Positions 29,178 through 40,720 of a stretch of DNA of 64,000 bases are shown in pieces. A model generated the notes under the pieces. That model was not told where the DNA came from. It saw only the letters and a program-made list of their open reading frames with translations, and ran no database searches. The stretch is from the sequence record LR756504.1; one strand, given 5' to 3'. The translations under genes and the position numbers were made by a program. The first letter of the stretch is position 1, and every line of letters begins with the position of its first letter.

Positions 29178-29771
29178 ATGATTTACGAGCTTAATGAAAA
29201 TGAGTTAAGGGATTACGTTAAAACCTATAAAAGAAAAAGCATTATATCTTCTATAGAAGACGATAGTCCAAATAAAATATATTTAAAAAATGTACCGAGA
29301 AGAAAAAGAAAGCTATTACAATATCTTTCTAATTATGGTGTAATCGGTGGTAGCATGGCATTAAAACTTTATGGTGTATTACAAAGATGTGTATATGATA
29401 TTGATTTGTTATGTAATGACTCAGGATATACATATTTAAAAACCAATCATAGAAAACGTAGATATAATGTATATAGTTCATTCTCGCCATTATCCAAACA
29501 CCATGTAGATTGTTTGGCTGTTAGTAAACATAACTTATTATGTATGAAAACTGATATATTTATAAAAGAAAATATCAATTACATAGAAATTGATGGAATT
29601 AAATTACAATCTTTGAATGATATTATAAATGAAAAGACATTAGCAATGAGATATAAAGATGTGGGTGATTTAAAAGAAATTCTTTCAAGAGTAGATTCCG
29701 ATCAATATATTGTTAAAACAAACAGAACAATTTTTAGGAGTATTTTTGAATCATTATATACAACAGTATAA
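29178..29771 (+). CDS. Nucleotidyltransferase-superfamily protein
   Basis: IGGSMAL...VYDIDL (hG[GS]...DxD) and C-terminal KDxxDL. Confidence 0.65.
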   Translation: MIYELNENELRDYVKTYKRKSIISSIEDDSPNKIYLKNVPRRKRKLLQYLSNYGVIGGSMALKLYGVLQRCVYDIDLLCNDSGYTYLKTNHRKRRYNVYSSFSPLSKHHVDCLAVSKHNLLCMKTDIFIKENINYIEIDGIKLQSLNDIINEKTLAMRYKDVGDLKEILSRVDSDQYIVKTNRTIFRSIFESLYTTV

Positions 29772-30581
29772 AATATTTTTATGAAAATGAACATAAATGA
29801 ATTAGATTTATCACAATTTGAATATATAGGATCGGAAATTGAGCATAACATTTCAAATGTTGGATTTAAAGATTATTTTATATATGATAATTTATTAGTA
29901 TTAGTAGTTCCAAGTGTTATTATTAAATTTTATGACAAAAAACTAAGTATGACACATAGTGAAAATCTTTATATGTTGAATAAAATTTTACATTTAATTA
30001 CAAAGCACATTAATTTTACAGAAAATTATTCAAATATGATGAATAATATAAAACAAACCATAGGACGTAATTATATTACATATGATGCTATTAAATTAGC
30101 ATATCGTATATCATTGAGAAGAAGAAAAATTGATGAATTATTATGAACATTGCCAGAAAATTTATAATTTCAGAAGTTTTACAATTACCACCTACAAATT
30201 TTTCAGAGGAAGAGTTAAATACGTTGAATATATTTTATAATTTATTTCTAAAAATAAAAATGTTTACTGAAAATGATATTCAATATTATTTTATGCATAA
30301 TCATTGTATATTTATGTTCAATCCTAAAACAAATGATGTAAAATTTAATGTAATATTTTATTATATATTTATGCGAGATTATAAATTTACAGATAATAGT
30401 CTAAAATATTTTTTAAAACTATATTTAACTGCTATTTTTAAATTGGATGTAAAAAATGTTGATTGTTACGAGAAATCATTTTCACACATAGAAGATATGT
30501 ATTTCAAACACTCTTTATGGAATCCTATTAGAAAAATAAATGGTATTTTAGTTTCTATTTATTCTTTTGTTTTAAAAAAAT

Positions 30582-31205
30582 TTAATCATTAATATTTATT
30601 TCTATAGCAGTATTTTTAATTAACGCATTAATATTTTCTATTATATTAATGTATAATTTTTTATAAAAATCTATATCACCAAAATCGGTAAAGTTTAAAT
30701 TATTATTGTAAAAGTAATCAGGAAATTCACTATTTTTATAAGATTTTACAAATTCATTAATATTCGGTAATGATACAGAAACAATATATTGTTTTATATT
30801 ATCTATCTCATTGGTTAAAACTGCCTCTTCTTGTTCATCTGCTTTTTTCCCAGTTTTTTTCAATATTCTTTTCCCTATTTTATCATCAAAATAATCAACT
30901 GATATAACTTTATATTTTTGTGATATTTTATTTAAATCTAAATCCATTCTTACTAATAATTCTTGATCCTCAAGTCCCATATTTTTTATATTATTTGGTG
31001 TATTTAAAAATTTGTTTCTTGTTAATGATATGAATTTCATTCTTTTTGAAATGTGTTCTTTTTTATACAAATTAGGAAAGTCGTTATAAAAATATCTGTA
31101 TGCTTTTAATTTATTTTCTTCTAAAATGTAATATAAATTTATCATTTCTGTAAAATGATAAACAATATTACTATTAAAATTTTCAAATATTTTTATGTAT
31201 TTCAT
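30582..31205 (-). CDS. ADP-ribosyltransferase-like protein with MKYIKIFENF tag
   Basis: VYHFT, ISLTR, VRMDLD, DEQEE; paralog of 51057..51740. Confidence 0.5.
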   Translation of the reverse strand: MKYIKIFENFNSNIVYHFTEMINLYYILEENKLKAYRYFYNDFPNLYKKEHISKRMKFISLTRNKFLNTPNNIKNMGLEDQELLVRMDLDLNKISQKYKVISVDYFDDKIGKRILKKTGKKADEQEEAVLTNEIDNIKQYIVSVSLPNINEFVKSYKNSEFPDYFYNNNLNFTDFGDIDFYKKLYINIIENINALIKNTAIEININD

Positions 31206-31211
31206 GTTTTT

Positions 31212-31889
31212 TCAATTTATTATTTTTACTTTTGTATCTAAATCACAATCACCTGTATCTAATAATTTCCAAAGTTCGACATAATTAAGTTTCGATCTTC
31301 CATAAGCATTAGAATTTATATTTTGTACCGCGATATCATATTCATAACCTTGAGAATCATTTAATGTGATATTAACGTTATTAACTATATAAGTATTTTC
31401 ACTATTGTATTTATAGAATTGAATTTTCTTACCAATTAAAGACATAGCATATTCTTCTGGTATGGTATAACATTTTGGTAATTTTTTTATATTCTCGCTA
31501 TATAATGGGAATGCTTCTTTTAATTTAGATATAAAATCATACCATTCATCTTCTTTAAATTGAATATCATTTAAATTGAGCTTTGCTCCAAAATATGTAC
31601 TTATATTTAATTGTAAATCATATTTATTAACATTATCGTAAAATTCATCAATATTTTTGAAATGATTGTGTTCTAAATTTAAAACAGTAGATTCACATCC
31701 ATTAATTCTAGCTGTTATATTACCATCATTTTCTGAAAAAGAAATATACCTAATACGAAAAGTATTTCCTTGAATATAAACAACTGGTGATTTTCTAATT
31801 GAATTGAAAAAGTTATCAATTTCTATATAAAATTCATCATCTTCTTCATTTTCATCATCAAAGTCTTCAAATAGCTTTAAATATTTCAT
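31212..31889 (-). CDS. Hypothetical protein with MKYLKLFEDF tag
   Basis: TAATATATA at 31895-31902. Confidence 0.65.
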   Translation of the reverse strand: MKYLKLFEDFDDENEEDDEFYIEIDNFFNSIRKSPVVYIQGNTFRIRYISFSENDGNITARINGCESTVLNLEHNHFKNIDEFYDNVNKYDLQLNISTYFGAKLNLNDIQFKEDEWYDFISKLKEAFPLYSENIKKLPKCYTIPEEYAMSLIGKKIQFYKYNSENTYIVNNVNITLNDSQGYEYDIAVQNINSNAYGRSKLNYVELWKLLDTGDCDLDTKVKIIN

Positions 31890-32485
31890 ACGAGTATATA
31901 TTAAACTTTATTTTTAATGTTGGTATAATTACCATGAGCTTTAATTATATTACTAATCATAAAGAATTAAAATATAAAGTTGGGGATACCGTATTTATCG
32001 ATTTGCCTTATATGGATGAAGTTCCAAAGAATTATTCTGATATTGATTACTTAGTAATAGGAATTAAATCATATAAAGAAGGTTTAAGATATTCAATTAA
32101 AGCAGAATGTGAAAATTTCTATTTACATGGTGTAGAAGAACATAAGTTGGTTACTATGGATGAACTATGGAATAATAAAATAAAATGGTTAGGGAAGTAA
32201 AAATGAAAATTCTCAACAAATTTTACCTTTCGAATGAATTAAAAGGTTTGATATAATTGTAAGATTGAATAACTTCATCATCACTAATGTTAGTATTATT
32301 AGTGTTTTTTGGATATAAATTAGTATATGGATTACTATAGAAATTGTTAATTACTTTATTGTTATCTGATTTGGGATAATATTTCTTTCTATTCCTTTTT
32401 TTAGCTTTCTTAGCCTCATTGAGAAAATCATACCACGAAAAAATTTCAATCATAACAGTATTATAATTTGGTTTATATATTAAAA

Positions 32486-32510
32486 AAACACCTCTAATTT
32501 AGAGATGTTT
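32486..32510 (-). terminator. Intrinsic terminator for the SET-gene unit
   Basis: Minus strand aaacatctct-aaatt-agaggtgttt followed by U-tract. Confidence 0.7.
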
Positions 32511-32770
32511 AGTGATTAGTTAAACATAATCTTTTATAATATTTAAAATTTCTTTTGATAAACCTGATTCATCATATTCTAATTCCATTGACCAAAAAAC
32601 ACCATCACTAATAAAATAAAGTTCTGCACAATATCTACCACCCTTAGTTCCCATTTTCCATGCCTGTAATCCTTTTAAATCATTATTATTTAATGATATA
32701 TGTACAACATCATTAATAAGAATGTTAGTCCTTTTACCAATGGTTTCTGTAGTTATAATATTTATCCCCA

Positions 32771-33178
32771 TTATAATATCATTTTATTAAATTCGTAATC
32801 AGAATCAATAGAACCAAATTTATTATAATCATCGGTTAATTCATCACCAATATTTATATCTACTTTAGCTACAGTAACTCCCATTTCATCATCATTTAAG
32901 TTAACACTTTCACAATTAGGATCATCCGAATGATTAAAAAATCTTGCGTTATCCACACACATCACATATAAACCTTTATACATGAAGCAATATTTAATGA
33001 GAAATTCCTTATATAATGGATTGGAAACAGATTGATATTCTTCTTCTGTATATAATTTATCGATAAATGTATCGATACGCCATACAATAGTTCCTTTAGG
33101 TATAAATTCGGCGGCGAATAACCCTATACCAGCACTTTCTATTGGACTTTCACTGAGATATGTTTTTACTTTTAGCAT
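32771..33178 (-). CDS. SET-domain protein methyltransferase
   Basis: GIGLFAAEFIPKG, RFFNHSDDPN, ELTDDY. Confidence 0.9.
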   Translation of the reverse strand: MLKVKTYLSESPIESAGIGLFAAEFIPKGTIVWRIDTFIDKLYTEEEYQSVSNPLYKEFLIKYCFMYKGLYVMCVDNARFFNHSDDPNCESVNLNDDEMGVTVAKVDINIGDELTDDYNKFGSIDSDYEFNKMIL

Positions 33179-33331
33179 AATTCTATTATTTCATATTATA
33201 GATAATGCCTTTTAAATGTTTTAAACTTATTGTATATTTTTTGTATAATTACAAATTCTAATTATTGTGAAATATTTAATAAGAAAATTTGAAAATCGTG
33301 AGAAAGTATGTGCTCTTTTCCCAATTTTTTT

Positions 33332-33359
33332 AAACTTTTACTTTCTTATTTTCTATAAT
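33332..33359 (+). promoter_or_regulatory. Phage promoter class AAACTW-N15/16-TATAAT
   Basis: AAACTT(33332)-N16-TATAAT(33354), before ATG 33365. Confidence 0.7.
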
Positions 33360-33712
33360 AACAAATGAGAAAAATCTCAAAAGAAATAGTCTATAGTAGA
33401 GATGGTAGCACCTATACAGAATGTTGGATAGGTTTAAATGTTGGTGATAAACTACTATGTATAGATAATACCATTGCTTCAAAATATGTATGTCTTACTG
33501 TAGGAAGAGTGTATACAGTATTTAGATTAGCTCTCATTGATAATAAAAATGTAGCACATATAATAGATAATGGTTGTCTTTCTTGCTTAGTTACAACAGA
33601 TAGGTTTTCTATCATAAAGGATAAATTTGAAAAAAGAATTGATAAAATTGCAGGTTTAATTGAAGAATAATGCTACCACACTATCCAGTGTAATTACCAA
33701 AAGCGTAAACTA

Positions 33713-34570
33713 ATGAAATTGTCAAACAATGAATTAAAAGAATTAGGGATAAAATCAATAGGTGTTATCTCAGAAAAGAGTCTTGCTCCTTTATTTTATA
33801 TTAAATTCTTAGATGATGAGAAAGACATGGTTAGGTTTAATTCGGTGGAAGATTTTAATGAATATATTAGGGAGTTATATGCTTTAATAAGAAAAATTAA
33901 AATAGATGATATATTAGAATGATAGAATCAATTGGTATTTTCAAAGACAAGTATTTTAAAGAATTGCAAATAAAATCAATAGGAACAGTATTTAAAAATT
34001 CTAATCCTGTATATTACATTGAATTTTTAGATAAAGTAAAAAATGTAATTTATTGTAATTCTATAGAAGAATTTAATAGTAATATTATAAGCATGTGTAG
34101 AAAAATTAAGATAAATCAATTATTATAATGAATAAGTATAAATATAAGTATGAGTATATCACAAAGGAGAATATTAAAAAATTAGGAATATTATATTATA
34201 CCACGACTGATCAATATTTAAAACGAAATTTCTACATTGTATTTGAAGGTGAGAAGAAGAAATTAAAATCTATTGAACATGTGAATGAATTCATAAAAAC
34301 TATGTTAATAGTAGAGCTAAGAAAAAATAAAATAGATGAACTATTATGAAACAATGGTACATTTTAACTAAAGAAGAACTTTTATTATTAGGAATAAACG
34401 GTATAGAAACGAGTCACATAATTTATAGTAATAAACCATCTATATTTTTATATTATATTAAATTTGTAAATGGTACAGAAAATATTCTATATTCATTAAA
34501 AGAAATTGATGATTATATTACAAATTTGCAAATAGACATAAGAAAAAATAAAATACAAGAATTATTATGA
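33713..34570 (+). repeat. Tandem array of four ~70-aa paralogous ORFs (family B: 33713, 33919, 34128, 34346)
   Basis: Shared ELGI/KLGI...YIxF...SIEE/E...RKxKIxxxL; overlapping start/stop codons. Confidence 0.75.
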
Positions 34571-36829
34571 AACCATCATTTAAAAACAGATTGTTTATTA
34601 TCAATAAAAGAGTTTCTCGTATAAAAATTATATCTATTTTTCTAATAATAGAACTAATTAACTTGTCGAGTAATTATAATAATTTAGAACGTTTTTTAAT
34701 ATGTACAAGTGCTGTATTAGCATTGGTTATTTTTATAACACTGAAATTATTATTTCCTGAAGGAGGATTTGTTTATAGTGAAAAAGAAGAAGCAGTAATT
34801 GAAGAACAACAAATGGAAGAGAAAATAAAATTAAGAAAAAAGAAAATACAAAATTTAATATAGAATGATAAAATTACTATCATATAGCACTATTGTTTTT
34901 AATGTTGCTATGACAATAATATCAATAACAAACATATTTGTAGAAAATAATGTATTATCTTATATTATTACCATTGCATTACCAATTCAAATTGTATTAG
35001 CAGTATATTTTTTAATTATTACTATTAAAAATTATGTAAAAACTAAAAGGCAACACAAATTAATAAATTTTATAAATGAATATAAAATTAAAAAAGGTGA
35101 TACTGTATACATAAATCCAAATGTGTTGAAAGAAACAAACATTACTATATCATCTAATATTAATGGTGTAGAAATAGTATATGATAAATCAATACCAAGC
35201 TTTAAAGTAGAAACTTTATCAGAAAGAAGAAAGAAACGTATTAATAATTTAGTATAATGAAAAAAATTAAACAAATTACAATTGAAGTTTTAAAATGGAT
35301 ATTATTTATATTATTCATTTATAGTATATCTATATTAGCATCACCATTATTTCCATGGCTTCTACTAAGTAAAAAAGCCTGTGGTTATATGGAACGTATT
35401 TTAGATTGGTATGTTGGATTAGGATTTATGCCAAAAATGCCATAAAAATATGCTAAGAGATTTCTTAAAAGAACCCGTCGTAAACAATAATGGTAAAATT
35501 CAACTTGATAAAGTAGAGAAGTTTATACAATTTAACTTTGATACCAATGAGAAAATTGGGGGTGTATTCATAATTAATAATTTATTCATTGCATATTCTA
35601 AAAAAAATGGGTACAAATCAATTATAAATATTGTTAACTCTATTCAGAGGTTTAGTAATAGTAATTTCCACTTAATTAATAGATTATATACTGAAATAGA
35701 AAGTGGAAATAAAATAACAGTAGATAGATTATCTACTGACTATAGTGAGAAGTCTAAATTTATAGAAGATAGAAAAGATTTATGTAATGTTACTAAAATA
35801 GGTAGTTATAAAAAACATTTGATACATAGAAAGCAATACTTCTACAAGTGTGTATTACAAAGACTTAAATATGTAAAAGTTAGTAGTGTTAATGAACCAA
35901 TGCCACCAAAAGCGTATTTTATATCTGATAGCGAGGTATCAAATTATAAAAATATTGGGTTGGGTGGGTTTCTATATCAATCACCAACAAACAAACAAAT
36001 ATTTGTTGATGAAGAATTGAATATGGTATTTAAACGCGAAAGAAGACTTTCTATAATAAATGAATTATAATGGATACAAATAGAGAAAATGTGATTAGAC
36101 TCATTGAGTGCTTAGGGTTTATTAAAAGTCGATATTCTATGATAACCTCACCCGTTTCAAAAAAGAGTTTTTTATCTACATTTGCAGGTGATTCATGGGT
36201 TTTGAAATATGATGATGTTGAATATGAAATAAAAATATTTAATACTGGTATAAATTTAACTAATTATGAGACTGGTAAATTAGTTTTTTCTATTGTGAAC
36301 TTAATTGATGATGATTATAATGTATTTTATAAAGAATTAAGAAAGCATTTTAAAGTGTTGTTCAGAAAAAAAATTATTGAAGAAATTTAATATGGGAAAT
36401 TTAATATTTAAAAGAGTTGGTGAAATGGTAGGTGTTTGTAAAAATGCCGAAATAATAGAAGTACTACAATATAATGTTGATGGTAATGGTGGATTTTTGT
36501 ATATTGGTGATGGTGAGCATATAGGTATAGAATCAAAGGAAAATTTAAAAATTATGATAAATTATAAAAGACATTTCACTTGGGATAGTCGTAGTTATAA
36601 AATTGATAACTTATTAAAAGACTAATGTGTGTGGCTTTACAAGGTGGCTGTTGTTATTGTAGTTTAGCTTTTACTAAAGGCATAGACTTTAGTAAAAAGT
36701 ATAGAATATGGGAAGAGAAATCATTCTTTGGATTATTTACATCCACTTATAATGAAATGAACATGTGTTATCAATGTATAGATAAATTTAAAGAAAAGTA
36801 TTCCACTATAAATATTAGAAAGAGAAGAA

Positions 36830-37720
36830 TTAAAAAGTTGTTGTAATTTTATTTTTCTTTATAAACCTATTAACATCTCTCATAACAACATCATATATTG
36901 GTCCTTTTTTAAATATAAAATCATTTTTCCACGTTTTTAATTTTTTATTATAAACAGCAACAGTAGAATCATATAGGTTTAAATATATGTATCTCCCATC
37001 AGAAAAAGAATATTTATCATCATGATTCAAATATTCGGTTGAATATTTTAATTCATCAACAAATGATAAATCTTTTATAAGTTTACTATCTAAAGTAATA
37101 GCATTTCTACTATAATCATTTTCAATTAAATATGTTATAAATTCTTTTTTAACTTCATTTAGATATGGTTTGTAGATAATTCCAACTTTATAATCATCTG
37201 CTCTAAATTTAACATAAAATGAATAGAAATCCTTATCATGTATTAAATTATTCCATATACTTTTAACCTCATTTGAGGCATCACCTTCAGATGAAATATA
37301 ATGGAATTTCTTTGCTACATATTTGTAAATATAATTACCTAAATTAATACCCTTTAAAAAAGTAGGAATGCCTGCAAAATGAATTCTATTAAAGTTAATC
37401 CATTCTATTGTAATATAAAAATATGGGTCGTCTGAATTTTCATCACGATCATCACGAACGTAATACAATTTTTTATACATTTTTATTAATTCTTTATACT
37501 GTGTCATAATATCACCAGTAAAAAATAATATCTCCTTTCTATCATTATACTCAAATTCTAACTTATTACTTTGCATAAGCTTTTGAAGTTTTTCTTTAAA
37601 CTTATTCAAATTGCTATAAAAAGCATTTTTTTGTGTATTATAGTTATTAAATTTACCTAATGTTATATTATCAGATGATTTAAATTCTCTCTCTAAAATC
37701 AATTTTTTGATATATTTCAT
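36830..37720 (-). CDS. GNAT-like domain protein with MKYIKKL tag
   Basis: RIHFAG...LKGINLGNYIY...KSIWNNL, homologous to the segment in 21267..22856; start moved to ATG 37720. Confidence 0.55.
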   Translation of the reverse strand: MKYIKKLILEREFKSSDNITLGKFNNYNTQKNAFYSNLNKFKEKLQKLMQSNKLEFEYNDRKEILFFTGDIMTQYKELIKMYKKLYYVRDDRDENSDDPYFYITIEWINFNRIHFAGIPTFLKGINLGNYIYKYVAKKFHYISSEGDASNEVKSIWNNLIHDKDFYSFYVKFRADDYKVGIIYKPYLNEVKKEFITYLIENDYSRNAITLDSKLIKDLSFVDELKYSTEYLNHDDKYSFSDGRYIYLNLYDSTVAVYNKKLKTWKNDFIFKKGPIYDVVMRDVNRFIKKNKITTTF

Positions 37721-38965
37721 AAAAAGTGAATTAGTCAATTTTTATTATATATTAATTTGAAACTTATTGATTTTGAAACTATATAATAAATATGAAGGAT
37801 TTGGTAAAATTAGATATAGTATTTGAAAACTGTGATTTTATTACAATAGAGAAAGATAATATACACAATTTCTTTATTACAGACATTACAGAGAGAATAT
37901 CATTGGTATCAAATGCTTTACTGGTATATAAAAAAGCAGGTACATGTCATCTAACATTGAAATGGGATAATGTTAAAAACTTTTTTATGCAGTTTGTCGA
38001 TGATTCTAAAACATTAGAAAATAGAATAAAAATTAAGGATATAACTAATTACCATTTACATCTTACTGATGGCTCTGAATTAGTAATATATGTTCCATGG
38101 GAGGGTGGTGATTATACAAATTCTAAGGAAATCCACGAAGAAGTATTACAAAATGATAGAGAATTTTTTACAATAAACCATTAACTTATTGTAAATCAGA
38201 CAGTTATGTAATGTAATAATTACCTTAGAATATTTCTTATTTTAATTTTTTTTAATTATATTTATGCCTAATTAAAAAATATGGTAGCTAAATTTAGAAA
38301 TTATAAAACATTAACACAGGCTGAATTATCTTTATTTTTATTTAACATATATTATAGATGTATGTTTAAAATACAAAACATAAAGATTGTATCAAATGAA
38401 TCACATGTTCGCAGAGAATTTCGTGGTGATAGATATGTAGTTTATTCTAAATTTACAACACAAGAAGAATTTGACAATTTGAAGAAAAAAATTAAAGAAT
38501 TAAGAGCGAAGAAAAAATGACACAGACACTTACGTTTGCTCAATGGTTTGCTAAAGCAAAATTAATATTAGTATCTAAATATGAATGGGATGCTGAAGAT
38601 ATTATGGCATCCATTGATTCGTTGGAAGACTATTATAATGCTGGTTATACCGTTGTGGATGCAATAACAGATGACAGAACATATTGGAATTAAGACTTAG
38701 ATTTCCTTTTATTCATTAAGCCCTTAATGAACTCTTTAACATCATCCTGACAATCTGTGGTGGGTAAAAAGGCATAACCTCTTACACGACTTGACCATTT
38801 AACTAAACCAATAACAGAGCCATCTTTGATTACATTATAAGTATCTGTCTTAGCAGATTCCTTTTTAGGTTGTTTCTCAAACTTAATACCATCCTTAGCA
38901 GATTCCAATAAACTAAATAATGCAAAATGTAATATCATAATCTATATATTAGATTGGTAGATACT

Positions 38966-38993
38966 AAACTTTTTACTTTTTAGATTCTATAAT
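38966..38993 (+). promoter_or_regulatory. Phage promoter class AAACTW-N15/16-TATAAT, back-to-back with a TAATATATA motif on the minus strand (38943-38950)
   Basis: AAACTT(38966)-N16-TATAAT(38988). Confidence 0.7.
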
Positions 38994-39011
38994 ACAAAAG
39001 TCTTAAAATAA

Positions 39012-39548
39012 ATGATTGAGATTAAATCTTACCAAATAGATGGAATAATTCGCAACTGGACTTCTGTTGCAGTTCAATTAGGAGCAATAGATATTCCTAA
39101 CTGGTGTCTATGTTTAGAACAATCGTGTATATATTATACAAATTATATTCAAGCCAATGTTACGAGAACTAATAACATTCCATTAGTTGCTTCTATATTA
39201 AGCAAACTAATTAAGAATGATATTCAGATTAGACATAATTATGATACAATCGTAAAGAGAAATTTTACTATCAATAATATTAATACTAATATTACATATG
39301 AGGAATATTTATTATCCATTAAAGAAACGCATTATTATAGCTATAAAATAGAAAAAGATATTGAAGTAGAACAAATATATAAAATTGAAAATGCATATTC
39401 ACACTTAGCTAATGAATTTATAAATGATATTAAAGTTAAAGCTAATGGTAGAAATATGTTAACATTTAATCTAATTGATTCTATAGAAATTTCTGAAATA
39501 GATGGATTTAACACAGTTGAAATGAAATGTACTTATGGATTTGTTTAA
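39012..39548 (+). CDS. Hypothetical protein, paralog of 51762..52316
   Basis: Shared LSKLIKxxIQIRHNYD and C-terminal KCxYGFV. Confidence 0.65.
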   Translation: MIEIKSYQIDGIIRNWTSVAVQLGAIDIPNWCLCLEQSCIYYTNYIQANVTRTNNIPLVASILSKLIKNDIQIRHNYDTIVKRNFTINNINTNITYEEYLLSIKETHYYSYKIEKDIEVEQIYKIENAYSHLANEFINDIKVKANGRNMLTFNLIDSIEISEIDGFNTVEMKCTYGFV

Positions 39549-39795
39549 ATATTTAAATATGGAAAATTCAAAATCTCAAAAGAAATTAAATAGAATCAAA
39601 AGTAAATGTACTAATATGTATAGAGTAAATCTATTACGTAAGTATCAGATAACTCAATTTAATCTTTTGATTAGAAAATTATTAAGTGAAGGTAGAATAA
39701 CTAAAGAAGAAGTTAATTTCTACATTAAAAATAAAAATGATATTATAATATGAAAAAGTTAATTAACTGTGCTATTAAAGATTTTATTTAAAAAT

Positions 39796-39823
39796 AAACT
39801 TTTTGCTTTTTAGATCATATAAT
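39796..39823 (+). promoter_or_regulatory. Phage promoter class AAACTW-N15/16-TATAAT
   Basis: AAACTT(39796)-N16-TATAAT(39818). Confidence 0.7.
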
Positions 39824-40720
39824 AGTATATGATTACAAAAACATTCTATAAATAATAAAAAATGGCTATATACAGATTAGGATTTACACAGATTAAATCA
39901 ATACAAGGAAATACATTCATATATAAAATTCTTATTAAGAATGAATTCGAAAAAAATTATGAAATTGAGTATTTATCATTAATACGTATTTATGGTGAAC
40001 AAGATGCGGTTTTAGAAATACACAAAAATCAAACAACATTAATTTCCAAAGATAGAGTATTTGACATCCACAATAAAGAGGTGACATGGTTCAAAAAAAT
40101 ATGGTCAGGATTATAAATTGAACATTATGGATTCTAATTTACATAATATTTTAAATAGAATTGGATTCGAAAAAGTTTATACATATTCAGAAAATTTTGT
40201 AAATACTGTTTATAAATACAAACTCTATTGTCTTAGTGTATATGTTTATAGCAACAGTGAAATTTATTATAACTTTTATATTGATGAACATCTTTATTTT
40301 ATTGATGATAATAATACTATATTATTTGGAGATAATAGAAATAGTCTATTAAAAATATTATTAAGCGAATTTAAAGTAGAATTAAGAAAAAGTAGAATAG
40401 AAGAACTACTTTAATATGTATTCTATTCTATAGTACACATAATTCTTTAATTAAGGTGTCTAATTTTTTAATTCTAATAAATGTTCTAATTTCTTTAAAA
40501 TTAGCATTTTTTGTAATAAAAGTTCTAACGTTAGTAATTTTGTATTCACCATCATAAGTTTTTGTTATAATAAACTCGTGGAAAGAATGGTATGTATATT
40601 CTCTATCACTACCATAAAATTTAGCAGTTTGTTTATCAATACCTAGAGAATCTAATTCGCTCACATTAATTATATTCTCTATTTTTACTAAGTTTGAAAA
40701 TAATTCTAAATATATACAAC

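Noticed and set aside
33670-33712. 7-codon ORF (MLPHYPV) with a small hairpin as a second attenuator
   Set aside because: No regulatory codon run, no terminator U-tract and no competing structure.
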